Positions 42,117 to 54,600 of a stretch of DNA of 64,000 nucleotides are shown piece by piece (position 1 is the stretch's first letter; the number at the start of each line of letters is the position of its first letter). A program made the translations under genes and the position numbers. This DNA comes from Vermamoeba vermiformis (lineage: Eukaryota), in the NCBI GenBank assembly GCA_045837725.1, contig JBEWZL010000208.1:62001-126000 (forward strand), given 5' to 3'. The notes below the pieces were generated by a model. It was given only the letters and a program-made list of their open reading frames with translations, made no database searches and was not told the origin of the DNA.

Positions 42117-45100
42117 ATGAAAATCGAACTATTCGTTTCGTTTTTGCTATTTTTTACTTGCTTGGCGCAAGCCGCGTTCATCGGCAACTTCGATCTGAAA
42201 AGTACCGATCTACGATTGAATTCAGAGGTGAAAGTAAGTATTCTTCCTTCCGTCATATAATCAGACAATATGGTTAAAATAATATTAGGCCACAATTACC
42301 TTCGAAGAAGCTCAAGTGACCGTACCCAGGTTGTCGATCTCGGGCACTGCCGATACATCACTGGATAGAATCTTATCTGAAGACTCTCAAGGCGTCATTA
42401 TTATCAAGGTATTATTTTAACTGATTTCTGGCTTTGATTTAATTTTAGTAAACGAAGGCACCATCCCTCGGAGTTTCGAGCGCCAATTCGTTTGTACAAA
42501 ATAGCGGCCTTTATTTAACGAGCGCAATAACGTCTGTATTGACTTCACGATTGAATTTGCCAAGCCATGCCGCTCTTGGAATTGCCGCACTGGGTAAGTA
42601 CCCCACCTCAACAAAATAAATTATGTAGGTGTCGTATCGTAAAGCTTATTATTATTTATAGGACTTCTATCGACGGTTCGCTCTGATTCAGCTTTCGAGG
42701 TTCAAGTACGTTTCAGTATTTACGTTTAAATTTAACCGTAATCGAAGATACGAATTTCCTTTTTTGTAGATAGATAACTTACTAAATTTTAACTATGTAC
42801 TATTTAGATTATAGTCCAATACCCTGCAGGATATCGATTTAACTCGATAGAATTCAATCTTGCTGATGGTTCCGTTGCATCCAGTCAACAACTGAACGTC
42901 GGAGGTCTTGACATTAATGTCGGTCAATCTGGCTCCGTTGACATGAAAAATGTTGCTATTGGCTCTAACGTCAATATCAATGCACCAGTATCAGTGACGC
43001 TCTCACAGATAGCAATCTCGCAGGACTCAAGTTTGGATGTGCAATCCAACGGTGATATCTTTATGTCATTCTTACAGGTGGGGAGTAACTCCGATGCAAG
43101 ATAGTTCATATTAATAGTCATGTATAGGGCTTCGAGTTTTACGGCTCTTATTCAGTAAAGGGCAATCAGGTGGATCTACCTGCCAATTGTTCGGGCTACT
43201 TCGCAGAACAATCTACGCACTGGAACGTGCTTCAATTCTAATTCTGGCTCGCTGAATGCCCAGTCGTCATCGGGCACTGTCACCATTCACTTCTTGACAG
43301 CTGATCAAGTCGAAGGATACTGCACAAACTTCGCGACAAGTGACTTCGTTCCACCGATGCCAGAAGTCACTCCCATCACAACTCTTCCCGCTCAGTCGTG
43401 GAATACTATGAACACTTCTACTTGGCGAGGAACTGCACGTGGTTACTTGGCCTTGCAGTCTAATCAAATAGCCGGTGTCATGACGGCCACAAAGAACTCG
43501 TGGAACAATCCTATCATGTTGTTACAAGACGACGGAGAGTTCCTGCCTCACGGACTCAATCCTAGCAGAAGATACAGGCTCACTTTCTCGCTCAAATTCG
43601 GTCTTGACTTCACTCCAAACTTCAATTTGACAGCTCGTATCATGGCGTACGATGAACTCAATACATTTGACGATAATGAGGTATGCTATTACTTGGTACT
43701 TTGCAACTTATAATGCTTGTTGTAGGAAAGGGGTATTGACTGGAGCGAGGATCCAAAAGACGGAACTGTTGGTCGTGCTTTGGTCGAGTCAGATCCACTA
43801 CCTTTGGACGGTTGGACCACAACCAGCTGGAAGACTTTCTCCTATGAGTTCACACCTTCAGCCATGTCCCAGCGAGCCTACGCTGCTGTGTGGATAAGCG
43901 ACTTCCCTGACACCACCGTGTCCATCAAGGATGTCGTATTTGAGGTCTTTGAAACTCCGTACTCGATCCCAAATTTCTACGATGGGCATTACCGTGCTGC
44001 CTACATCCCTACAATGCCAGTAGAACTCGAGTCTAATCCCCGACAAAACTGTCCGCACTTACAAGACGGTCTCAAACGTTGGGAAGACGCCTCGACCTGG
44101 CGTAAGTACCGTGCAATGTTGATGACAGTTCCTTGCATTAACACATTGTTTTTAGCGAACGGCGTCCCTGCAGCCGGATCGTCGGTCACATTGCCTGCCA
44201 ACACTAAAGTTTTGGTCGGTCCTTGTTCATTTACCTCCAAAACTCCTTTCACTGAAATCACTGTACCCGAATCAAGCGAATTGATCTTCGCTGACGCCCC
44301 CATTGACATGCACGTTAAAACTATTTGGGTCAATGGTGCATTGAGGTAGGTTACAATCTGTTAGCAGGCGAGGGCGAAGCTAACTTTGAACAGAATGGGC
44401 TCAGAGACATGTCGCTTGTTCTCGAAGATTTCCATTACCTTTTATGGTACTCGACAAGAGACAGCCAATATGGGCAAAGGAATCGTTGTCTCAGAAACAG
44501 GTACGCTAGATATTCACGGCAAACAGTACAACCCAACTTGGACTCGTCTTGCCGCACCTGTCTTTCCAGGTGACACACGAATCTACTTGCAACATCCCGT
44601 CAACTGGGAGGCAGGCCAAAAGATCATGTTGACAACATCAGGCCTCTTTGATTTGTACTACGACATGAACGAAGTGTTGACAATCAAATCAGTCAACCAA
44701 AAAGTCGTGGATCTCGTAACACCGGCACTGCGATATCACCACGCCGGTCCTGAGTACCAGAATGAAGTGGCACTATTGACACGAAGAATTCTGTTACAAG
44801 GTGCCGAGGACTCTGTTAGCGGAGCATTTGGAGGTCACGTGATGATCATGGGTGAAGGCCGAGTACGTGGCGTTGAGACGTTCAGAATGGGTCAAAACAA
44901 CACGCTTGCTCGCTATCCAGTAAGTTAATTAGCATACTATGCATCTGTTCATTTCCAAATATAGTAACCGTCTTTACAGTTCCACTTCCACATGATGGGC
45001 GTGGCACCCGAGTCATACTTCATGGACAATAGTGTGCACGACAGTTACTTCAGATGTTACACTGTGCACGGCACTTCCAACGTCACTGTCGCGAGAAATG

Positions 45101-47266
45101 TTGCGTTCAGAACTACCGGCCATTGTTTCTATTTGGAAGACGTGAGTCATTCGTACAAGCATATCTTTGCACAAATTCTGAATTTTCCTTATTTAGGGAG
45201 TCGAAGAAAACAACACCATCGAGTACAACTTGGCAGCTCATGTCAATATTATAGCCCCCATTGCCACTGATTTTGCACAGTTCATGAAGGATATGCCCGA
45301 AACACCAGATCGTACGTGACACTTTTTGACACCTGTCAAGCACGAGCTGACACTTCCAATTGATAGGTCACCTTCCAGCTGATTCTGCTGCGTCAGGATT
45401 CTATATTTCTAACGCCTGGAATATCGTGCGTGGTAACGCAGCATCAGGAGGTTGGGCTGGATTCGCTTATGTAAGTTTTAGCGGCTGAATTATTGACGCA
45501 CAAGCACTAATGTCACTGAATACAGCCACTGTTCAAAGAGCCCATGGGTCTCAGCAAAGGAACGGCCTTTGAAGTGCCGCCTAAGAACAAGCCTTCGCTC
45601 GTCTTCGACGGCAACACTGCTCACTCGTCAGGCGCGTACTGGAAAATATTTGCAGGCTGCGTCTATTCAGGAGGAAGTACGTACATATGTCACCTAAAAG
45701 CCTGCGCAATATTTTCTAACCAAATTATCTTACAGCGTTGTTTTACGATGATAACGGTGTTTTGACCTACAATGGAGGCCGAACAATGGGCGCTAGCGCC
45801 AAAGACCCGCAAATCTGGTTAGGCGGAAACAACTTCAAGATCGTTAACTTCACCATTACCAACTTGAAAGTGTGGTCGTGTGGTCAAGGTATCAACCATT
45901 GGGGCAACAACGTCTTGTTCCAAAACAGCGAAGTTTTCGACACAGGTCGAGGCATGACAATGTTTGGTCCTACATATGTTTACGACAGTATCATCACTGC
46001 TCGCACTTCTAATCCAATGGGCTACCTTAAAGTGGGCCAGCAAGGATGGCAGTTCGTAAGTCCTCGACAGCGATATTTTGACAGGTGTCACCCCTTATAC
46101 TTGCGACAAATCATGACACGTGTCACGCAAAGAATGATGTCTAATTTTTTTTTTGTTTCAAGTACGACGTGTGGAGCTCTGCCTTATTGAACAACGTGAC
46201 CTTCGTCAACTTCCACCGCGACACACCACCAATATCCGACCCGAATTCTGCGACTAACTGTTTGACTGTGCTGAACAACGGACCGAACCCTCCGTACTCG
46301 CGTAACACTGGCATTAGCGGCGTAGCTGATTTGCACTTTGAAAGTACGTGTAACATCTGTGCAACATTTTGAATGACACGTGTCAAATGCTAACTCCGTT
46401 TTGTCTTCAGATACCGATGTAGAAGTTCGTGTACAAATGACGAACGAATCGAATCGCAGAACATCAAACATTATTGACTTTGACGGCTCTTTGACTGGCA
46501 TCAGCCAGGGAGCTGTGGTTGGGTCAGATCAACCTTTCTGGAAGGTCGGCTCTGATTGCACTTTTCGCAGCGACTGGCTCGCGTGGGTCTGTCCTTTGAC
46601 CTCGGTAAGTATAAGCTATATCTACTCATATTCTTATCTTTCTAATATTTGCTTGTTGCTCAGACCCGCACTCAAATCAGTGTTGGCGCCAAGTCCGGCA
46701 GTACTGGTCTGAGCGGTACAGTTAGTCTTTTTGGCGTCGATAGCGAACTAGGTACTCGTACAGTCGAATTCAATTCTGATGAATATGGTGCCACTGGTCT
46801 TAATAGTGAAGGTTGGTACTTCAACTTCGGATCTGCCACGCCAAACCCGGTGACTTTTCTACCCGAAAAAATACCTCCCGGTTACAAAGTCATAGTTGGC
46901 GTGAGTTACCCTGCCGGCTCCACTTTCAATATATGCTTACGGAGTTGGTTGGGCGGACCCTAACGGTGTGTACACGAAGGTAAGTGCCTGGTCAACGTTG
47001 GTCAAATATTCGCATTTTTTTGAGAATTTCTGTAGGTTAATAGCATCAATGATGTTAAGAACACCTTGTTCTCGTATTACTTTGATGGTACTAACCTGTT
47101 CTTCTCGCTCCATAATTATTTCATCAATCCATATTACCACCATGAAGATCTGTATGGCCGTGGTGATATTATTTACGGAACTGATGGCCAAGAATCAGTA
47201 GTCATTATTAATGCTTCTTGCGCGCCTTGTAATGCTAATTTTAACCTACCAGCCAGTCTCAATTAG
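42117..47266 (+). CDS. Large secreted G8-domain/beta-helix protein (fibrocystin-L/TMEM2/CEMIP-like); 1-nt frame breaks near 43200 and 46960
   Basis: Signal peptide; WEDASTW-NGVPAAGSSVTLP...IWVNGALRMGSETC...GTLDIHGKQYNPTWTRLA (G8); MGQNNTLARYPFHFH; SVHDSYFRCYTVHGT; GHCFYLEDGVEENN. Confidence 0.9.
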
Positions 47267-47369
47267 AATAAACTGTTAGTCGTAGAATGATCCAGATCTG
47301 ACCAGCTCCCGTTTTGCTCTTTGTAATTATTTATAAAGATTCTAACTAAGTACTATAGCGTCTTTGCCC

Positions 47370-48812
47370 TTACATAGATACAAATAAACATACAAAGCCG
47401 ACGAATGTTGCTACAAAATCGGTGCGAGATCCAAGTGAGACAATTGAAGATGAAGGTGTCACCTGCGTTGGAGCTGTACCCTGACTAGGAGTGTTACCAG
47501 TGGACACAGGTGCTGTTTGAGGAGAGGTACTCTGAGGTGTTGACGTGTCGATTGGAGTAGCTAAAGGTGGGCTAGCAGGGACTTGAGATGCAACTGGTGC
47601 ACTGGGTGGTTCTACCATTATTGGTTTTACTAGCCTGTCCCAGTAGCATCGAGCACGTGCAGCTTGTTGTGGTGTAAATTGATGTTGACAGCTCGCAGGT
47701 GTGTATGCCATGTAGTTGTCTTGCGGCAACAAGCGTCAAGTTTGTAGGGTACTTCTCTTTGTTGCAATCATAATCTGTATGGTCTATTAGGCGGGTGCTA
47801 TACTATGCTATATGCCTCGTAGTCTTAGACTTGCCTTGAATGCTGAGTGAATTACACGAAAATGACTTCCAAACAGGTTTTGTATCGCTGCAATAATCTC
47901 CAACTACGTCCAAATTTGTGGAGTTATTGTTCTCGCTACACGCCGTGCAATACTCGGTGAATGAGTGGAGAAGGCCTAATAAACGAGAATTGTAAAAAAC
48001 GTGTTTTGAGAATTCACATCCAGAAGATTTGATCAAGCAAGCTTTATGTTAGCCTGTTTCTCGAATAAAACTTTGAATACCTAACATATGACCAGCTTCA
48101 TGTAACAATGCGGTTCCTTTGGGCGAAATCCCTCTTGCCAAATCGATCGCGGCAAACAAATGCTGTGGATGAGCCACAAGATCAATCGCTTGAGGCATGA
48201 ACGAGAATCCTAATAAATTATCGGGATTTGGGCTAAATACGCTTAATAAAACCGTTATGGATCCCCGAACAAAGTATTCTGAAGCAAGTTGCAAAGGCAA
48301 GACCTTTGTTTGTGAGGTTCAGCGTTTGATATCGATCGGTAATGACTGTGGTATTGATATTCCAGGTTATGTTCATATGTTTTCCGTACTCTTGTTGAAA
48401 GAACGCTATCTGGAAGCGACATCCGTTAAACGAAGCACGAAACGCAATAAAAAGGAATCAAATTACCTGTGCGTCGTACGTTGTCTTCGCAGTACCAGAT
48501 AATTGTCCAAAATATATTACATTCAAGTTAATGGTTATCAGCGGAGACTGGCTATTGAGCAGATACTGATCTCTATTTTTCAGTCGTTAAATCTAGTGCC
48601 AACTATCAAAAAATGGATTTTATAGCCACTTACCTTATAGAAGGATCATCGCATGCATGTCCAACGCAAGATTGTAGTGCTTTACCAACTCTATGAGAGC
48701 TTGCGGGATGGCTTGGATGTTCTGTACCGCACATAGCGCCAACAGTTTGGGTAAAGCAGCACAGCGATACTAAAACCAATACGATAATAAATGCAGCGCT
48801 AGTTGTCGACAT
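47370..48812 (-). CDS. M43 (pappalysin/ulilysin-like) metzincin metalloprotease, GPI-anchored, copy 1; 1-nt frame break near 48303
   Basis: Signal peptide, CGTEHP Cys-switch, HEAGHMLGLLHSF, GDYCSDTKP, NYMAYTPASCQHQFTPQQAAR (Met-turn), S/T/P stalk and hydrophobic tail. Confidence 0.85.
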
Positions 48813-49039
48813 CTTGGCAAGCAATAAGTAAAAACATTAACGCAATTCGGCCCCGACAGCTTGGACGGGACCACGTGTCACCTTTCGATTGCCATTGCAA
48901 CGCTCCAAATTGACTTAACTCCGAGTGCAGTAAATCACGTGCATGTATTCGATACTTGGATATAGGCACATGGTCAAGGAATAGCATTAAAACGAACTTT
49001 AAGGTTGAGTAAGTAGGTAGATGCAGATCTCCTGTTTTG

Positions 49040-50406
49040 TTAAAGTGATACAACTAAAAATACAAGGCCTACCAGCATCGCTACAATATCAGCACGAGAA
49101 GCGGTTGAAACGGCTTTAGTCGTAGGTGCCTTGACTGGAGTTTTTCCTCCGGATGTCGGCGAGATGCTGGGCTTGGGTGTGCCAGGAGGAGCTACTACTG
49201 CGAAGCTAAGAAGTCTATCTACGTAGCATCGAGCACGTGCAGCTTGTTGCGGCGTGAATTGGTCTTGACAGCTGTCAGGTGTGTATGCCATGTAGTTGTC
49301 TTGCGGCAACTGAGTCAAGTCCGTAGTGTACTGAACATTATTGCAATCATAATCTGTATGATCTATTAGGCGGGGGCTATACTATGGTATATATAAGAGG
49401 TCCTATACTTACTTCGTGGAGTCAATGCATTGCATTCAAAAGTCATCCAAACAGGTTTCGTGTCGCTGCAATAATCGCCAACAATATCCAAGTTTGGAGA
49501 GTTAACGTTCTCGCTGCAAGAGTCACAAGACGATGTGAATGTATGGAACAGACCTGCGGAATAAAATAAAATTAATAAATTAATTAAAATTGTTAGGATG
49601 ATGAATTCGCCGCGATTAAAAAAGATTTTGTTGTCGTCGTGCAGTCATCAAATTTAGACTATAACGTTATGTTTGTACTTACCTAACATATGGCCGACTT
49701 CATGGAGCAATGTAGTTCCTTGCGACGTGATCGCGTTTTGTAAATCCAAGATACCATACCATCGAGTAGGATCCGTTGCAAAGTCGAGGGATTGCGGCAA
49801 ATAAGCATATCCTAATAGATTATCGGGATTTGGATTAAATACGCTCAATAGAACTGTCGCAGCTCCTGCAACATAATATTCTGAAGCAATCTGCGCGTGG
49901 AAAGCCCTGTCCGACGCATTGACGACTTGATATCGATCCTGAACTACTTTAGTAGCAATGTTCCAACTAATATTCATGTGCTTGGCGTATTCGCTTTTAA
50001 AGAACGCGAGCTGCGAAACAGATGTCGTTATGAGCGTCGAAAATAAGGTAGAAAAATGAATCAAATTACCTGCGCGTTATATCTTGTCAAATTAATGCCT
50101 TCAAGTACACCAAAATAGACAATATTCATGTTAATTGTTACCATCGGAGACTCGCCGTTGAGCAGATACTGTTCTCTAAATATTTTAACCGTCAAATCAA
50201 ATGTTTATTAATATCTATACCTATGATACATACCTTATAGCAGGATCATCACATTCATGGTACCCGCAGGTCGGAACTGCCTTGCCAGCCCCAGATTCAG
50301 GGCGAATTGGATGCTCAGTACCGCAAGTCATGCCAGCAGGCAAGGCAAAGCTCAACGATACTAAGGCTAACACTACAATTAATATAACGCCAGTTGTTGT
50401 CGTCAT
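49040..50406 (-). CDS. M43 metalloprotease, GPI-anchored, copy 2 (tandem paralog)
   Basis: CGTEHP, HEVGHMLGLFHTF, GDYCSDTKP, NYMAYTPDSCQDQFTPQQ, hydrophobic C-terminus. Confidence 0.88.
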
Positions 50407-51628
50407 CTTATTCAACGATTAATGACTGGGCAACTGTCAAAGTTTAAAACATTTCCAAAAATGACAATACTGCGCGGTAATTTTGACGGTAGCTGCGCTT
50501 ATGAAGTTGAAAATCAAATAGATTTATACGCGATATACTATCTAATAGTTCTCATATTGTCAGTCATGCTTTAAGCCGGCTAGTAAAGTTGCAAATCCGA
50601 TCTCGCGTTTGACCCCTTGCAGCAAACATTATTTGCATTAGACAGTCATTTAACTTCGTACTAATAGTTTGTTATAATATATACCACTATGAATTAGATT
50701 TGAAAATTAATATTGGTTGCAAAACAAAAACTTGCGTAGCGCACGCATCCGTGGATTTGGGATCAAAAAATTTAGCCAAGAATTTATGTTAATGACCTCG
50801 CGACTTTGTCATAGAATTGAGGCCGGCCTCTATAATAATGTAACTGTATATTATTGTAATACAGCTAATAGTAAGCGTAGCACATAGCCTCGAAGACGCG
50901 TGCTCGTAACGAACTTATTGCTTGGTTTACTCGCGTCGTTATTGGCATAAAATGCAATAAAATAAGGAATTCATGTTCAACTATTGCAATGACGATATTG
51001 CTAGCAATAAAAATCGAGCAGATTGGGTGCGGAAATAGGTTCAGGGCACAATATGCAGAGCAAGTGCTTGAAATATCATAAAATTGGCGATTTAACTAAT
51101 TTTGTGGATTTTATCGTGTAATTAAGCGGAGTAAAATTTCTGTGTTAAAAAACGGCTCGATGTGATCTTACACAACAGAAAAATAGATAGTGCTCTTACC
51201 TTGATCGATTTCACCATGTAGTGTCGCGTATTGAATTTAGTGTGGGTCTTGGTGTACTTTTTAATCAAAATGAGGCAACATCCAGAGGCCGCGGGGCAAA
51301 AGAGCGAATGTGTGCACTACTGGTCAACTCTACCGCTGCATCAGATCAAATAGGCATTAAAATGGTAGCATATGCACCTATTAGATGCTATTGATGTCAT
51401 TCATCATCGGCTTGTGTGTTTTATGTCGGTTTTTTCGCTTGCAATGTTATTTAGTAATTTGAGCGTGAATAGAGCCCCAATACTCAAAAACTAAACTATT
51501 CCTTAGTATAGTTGTATTTGTATTATTTATTTGTTTAGTTTTTGTGTACTGTTGGAGGTAATAACCTAAATCTATTGATAGATGCGGTTTGGAAATTTAA
51601 TTCGTTTATTTTTATACTAGCTTACAAT

Positions 51629-54600
51629 ATGAGCGGAAAATCAAAAAGAAAAAATGATTCTAGGCAACTCACAGAGGAGATAGAAGACAGAGAGCTCGGC
51701 AAATACGTAAGCGAATATTGTAATTAAATAACGTCTGCACATCTTCAAAAATTTAAATACCGGGGCTACGGAGAATATCTTGAATCATCGTATAGCCAGA
51801 TATTCTCATATTCAAAATATACGAACATATTTGGCAAACGAAAATAACCTAACAAGCAGAGTTTTACAGTAGATTTAAAAAAATAAATATCGAAATAACC
51901 CTTGATATTATTATACAGCACATTGGAGAGGCTCTTGGACGAGGTGCATTCGGAGTTGTATATAAAGGATTGAATTTCGAGACAGGAGAGACTGTAGCAA
52001 TTAAGAGAATTTCAACAGAGAAGATTGCAGCCGATGCGCTTGCCTCAGTCGAAGCCGAGTTAGATCTGCTCAAAAAATTAAATCATCCGAATATTGTCAG
52101 CTATGTTGGATGTCATAGATCAGAGAAGCATCTTAATATCATCTTGGAGTACATCGAGAACGGATCTCTTCAAGCTATCGTCAAGAAGTTTGGAAAGTTT
52201 CCAGAAACACTCGTAGCTGTATATACTATGCAAGTGCTAGAAGGTCTTGAATATTTGCACGAGCAACACGTGGTTCACAGGTACATCTCGAAATGGAAGC
52301 GAAGAAATTATTTTATAATTTTTCTAACACAAATTACGCATTATTTAAGCGGTCATTATCACTACTCAAATATTTTTTACTATAATTCATATTAGATATC
52401 ATTTTTGAACGAAGAGATTGTCCGTCCAATTTTTTTTGCATTGAAAATGCGCGCAATTAACTGTGGCCTATTTTTGTTGAACAATAGGCATTTCTAAATA
52501 ACGATTATACGGAAAATCTTCAGTATAATCACGCGCGGATTTTTAATCTTTTAAAATTAATGTTCAAAAGATTCTTTAACTGCATTCACGGCCATTAATT
52601 ATTTTTAATGAAAAATTCGTATTAACGATGCTAATGACCATATTATTATAGAGATATTAAGGCCGCAAATATTTTGACGACGAAAGAAGGCACGGTAAAA
52701 TTGGCTGATTTTGGTGTCGCGACTCTGGCTAAAGTGGATAATTCAAATGAAGCTGCATTAGGCAGCCCTTATTGGTACGCATTATGAATACGATATATTA
52801 CGCATATTAAGGCATATTATTATAATTGTCGGTTGATTTGCCGTTAAAATTTGATTCAATTGCCAATATTCGCTCATTGGAAATTCTAGAAAAAGCTTAA
52901 TTGCGAATTCAATTCTAATATAGCCTTATTTAGGATGGCACCTGAAATTATCTCGATGAAGGGCGCTCAAACAGCTTCAGATATTTGGAGTTTGGGTTGC
53001 ACGATTATTGAATTGATGACCGGTCAGCCTCCATTTTTCAATTTGCCGCCGTTGTCGGCGCTGTATCATATCGCCGAATCAGATGAGCTGCCGCCCTTCC
53101 CTAAAGTACGTATACTAAATTAGGAATTAATTCCTGCGCGTATCACAAAAAAGAATTCAATCGCGCGACCGGCGCGACCGAATCTCAATGTTGTTACAGC
53201 CAATTACGGCATAGAATAATATACTGATCCTAACATTGATTAGGATATCACTGAAGACCTAACAGACTTTTTGAAACAATGTTTTGAGCGAGATCCATCG
53301 AAGCGCCCAACAGCTGAAGATCTGTTGAGCCACCCATGGATTGACGCAGCTCGTGAACGTAAAGGCGGTTCTGGCTCATTCGGAAAGGCAAGCCAAGCCT
53401 ATTATACTTATGTAAATGGTATGCTAATGATTACATAGGCTGCTGGAAATGCCGTTTTGAACGTGAGCAAGAAGCGAAAAAATCAAAGTCTGCGAGGTCC
53501 CAAAAACGCTAACGGCAAAGCTGATAAGCCTGGTATTTTGCGAAGCGCATCTTCAGCACAGCTAGGCATTTGGTCGTCATTAGAGGAAATCACAAAGCTC
53601 GAAGAACGTACGTGATCCGGAGATTTTGCCGCAGATCCAAAAGTAACCGTTACTTTTTTTGACTAGATCTTGAACAATCCAGAGAAAAGGTTATTTTGGA
53701 AGTCCGAAACAACCGTTTGTTAGAGCAACAGGTCAAGAGGCTAGACAAAAAGATTGAGTTGCTGATCAAGAACAGAATTACACTCGAAGAAGTATTGAAC
53801 ACGCCCAAATCATCACTGCTGTCCAAAACAAAGTTCCGTGGCTCATTGAACGTTGATGAAGCATCGTTGAAAGACCCAAAGATGCTCGAGGTAAGTTGAT
53901 GAGCGACAAAGACAGAAAACAAGGCACAAATCAGTCCGTCACTTTTTAGTGCAGCGAAGTGGTGTGGCTCGTTTTTTTCAAAGCGGCGGATAAGAAATTG
54001 GGCCGTTTAGCTCAGTTGGTTAGAGCATCGTGCTAATAACGCGAGGGTCCCAGGTTCGATCCCTGGAATGGCCAATTATATTTTTTCCTTTTTTGCCTTG
54101 TCAACCCTCTGCCTCCTTTTCTTGCCTCGCACTCCGCCTCACCACCTTACTGAGCTTATCATTAATTAAAGCACGGTTATTAATTTTTTTTTGGTTAGGG
54201 CTACTCCAAGCTGTTCTACGTTCTTCAGGCCAATCCGCAGTATCTTTCCAACTTTATCTTCTTCGAGTTCGATGGTGTTGAAGAGATGATCGAAACTATT
54301 ATTTTGACGCTTTACGGCTACGCCTTTTCAGCCCGAGAAGAGTTTTTGTTGCTGTCTTTCTTAGGATCAGCAATCTCGCGAGAGATTAAGAACTTGAGCG
54401 ATATTACTGCCTTCCAAGAAGGAGCTGCTCTTCTTATTCAAATGGTTATGGCTTATTGCCGGTAAGTTTCGCGGATTTAGATGCGCTCATCTAAGTTACC
54501 GTTACTAACCTGATTTCATTCAGACGTGTACAGGAACAAGAGTTTATTCGCTCTCTTCTAGGCAACGTCATCGAACAGGTGCTTGCTAAGGCGAATGTTA

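Noticed and set aside
50450-51600. Minus-strand mini-exon ATGGTGAAATCGATCAAG|gtaag near 51200-51217
   Set aside because: The nearest acceptor gives only an 11-aa peptide, with no further support
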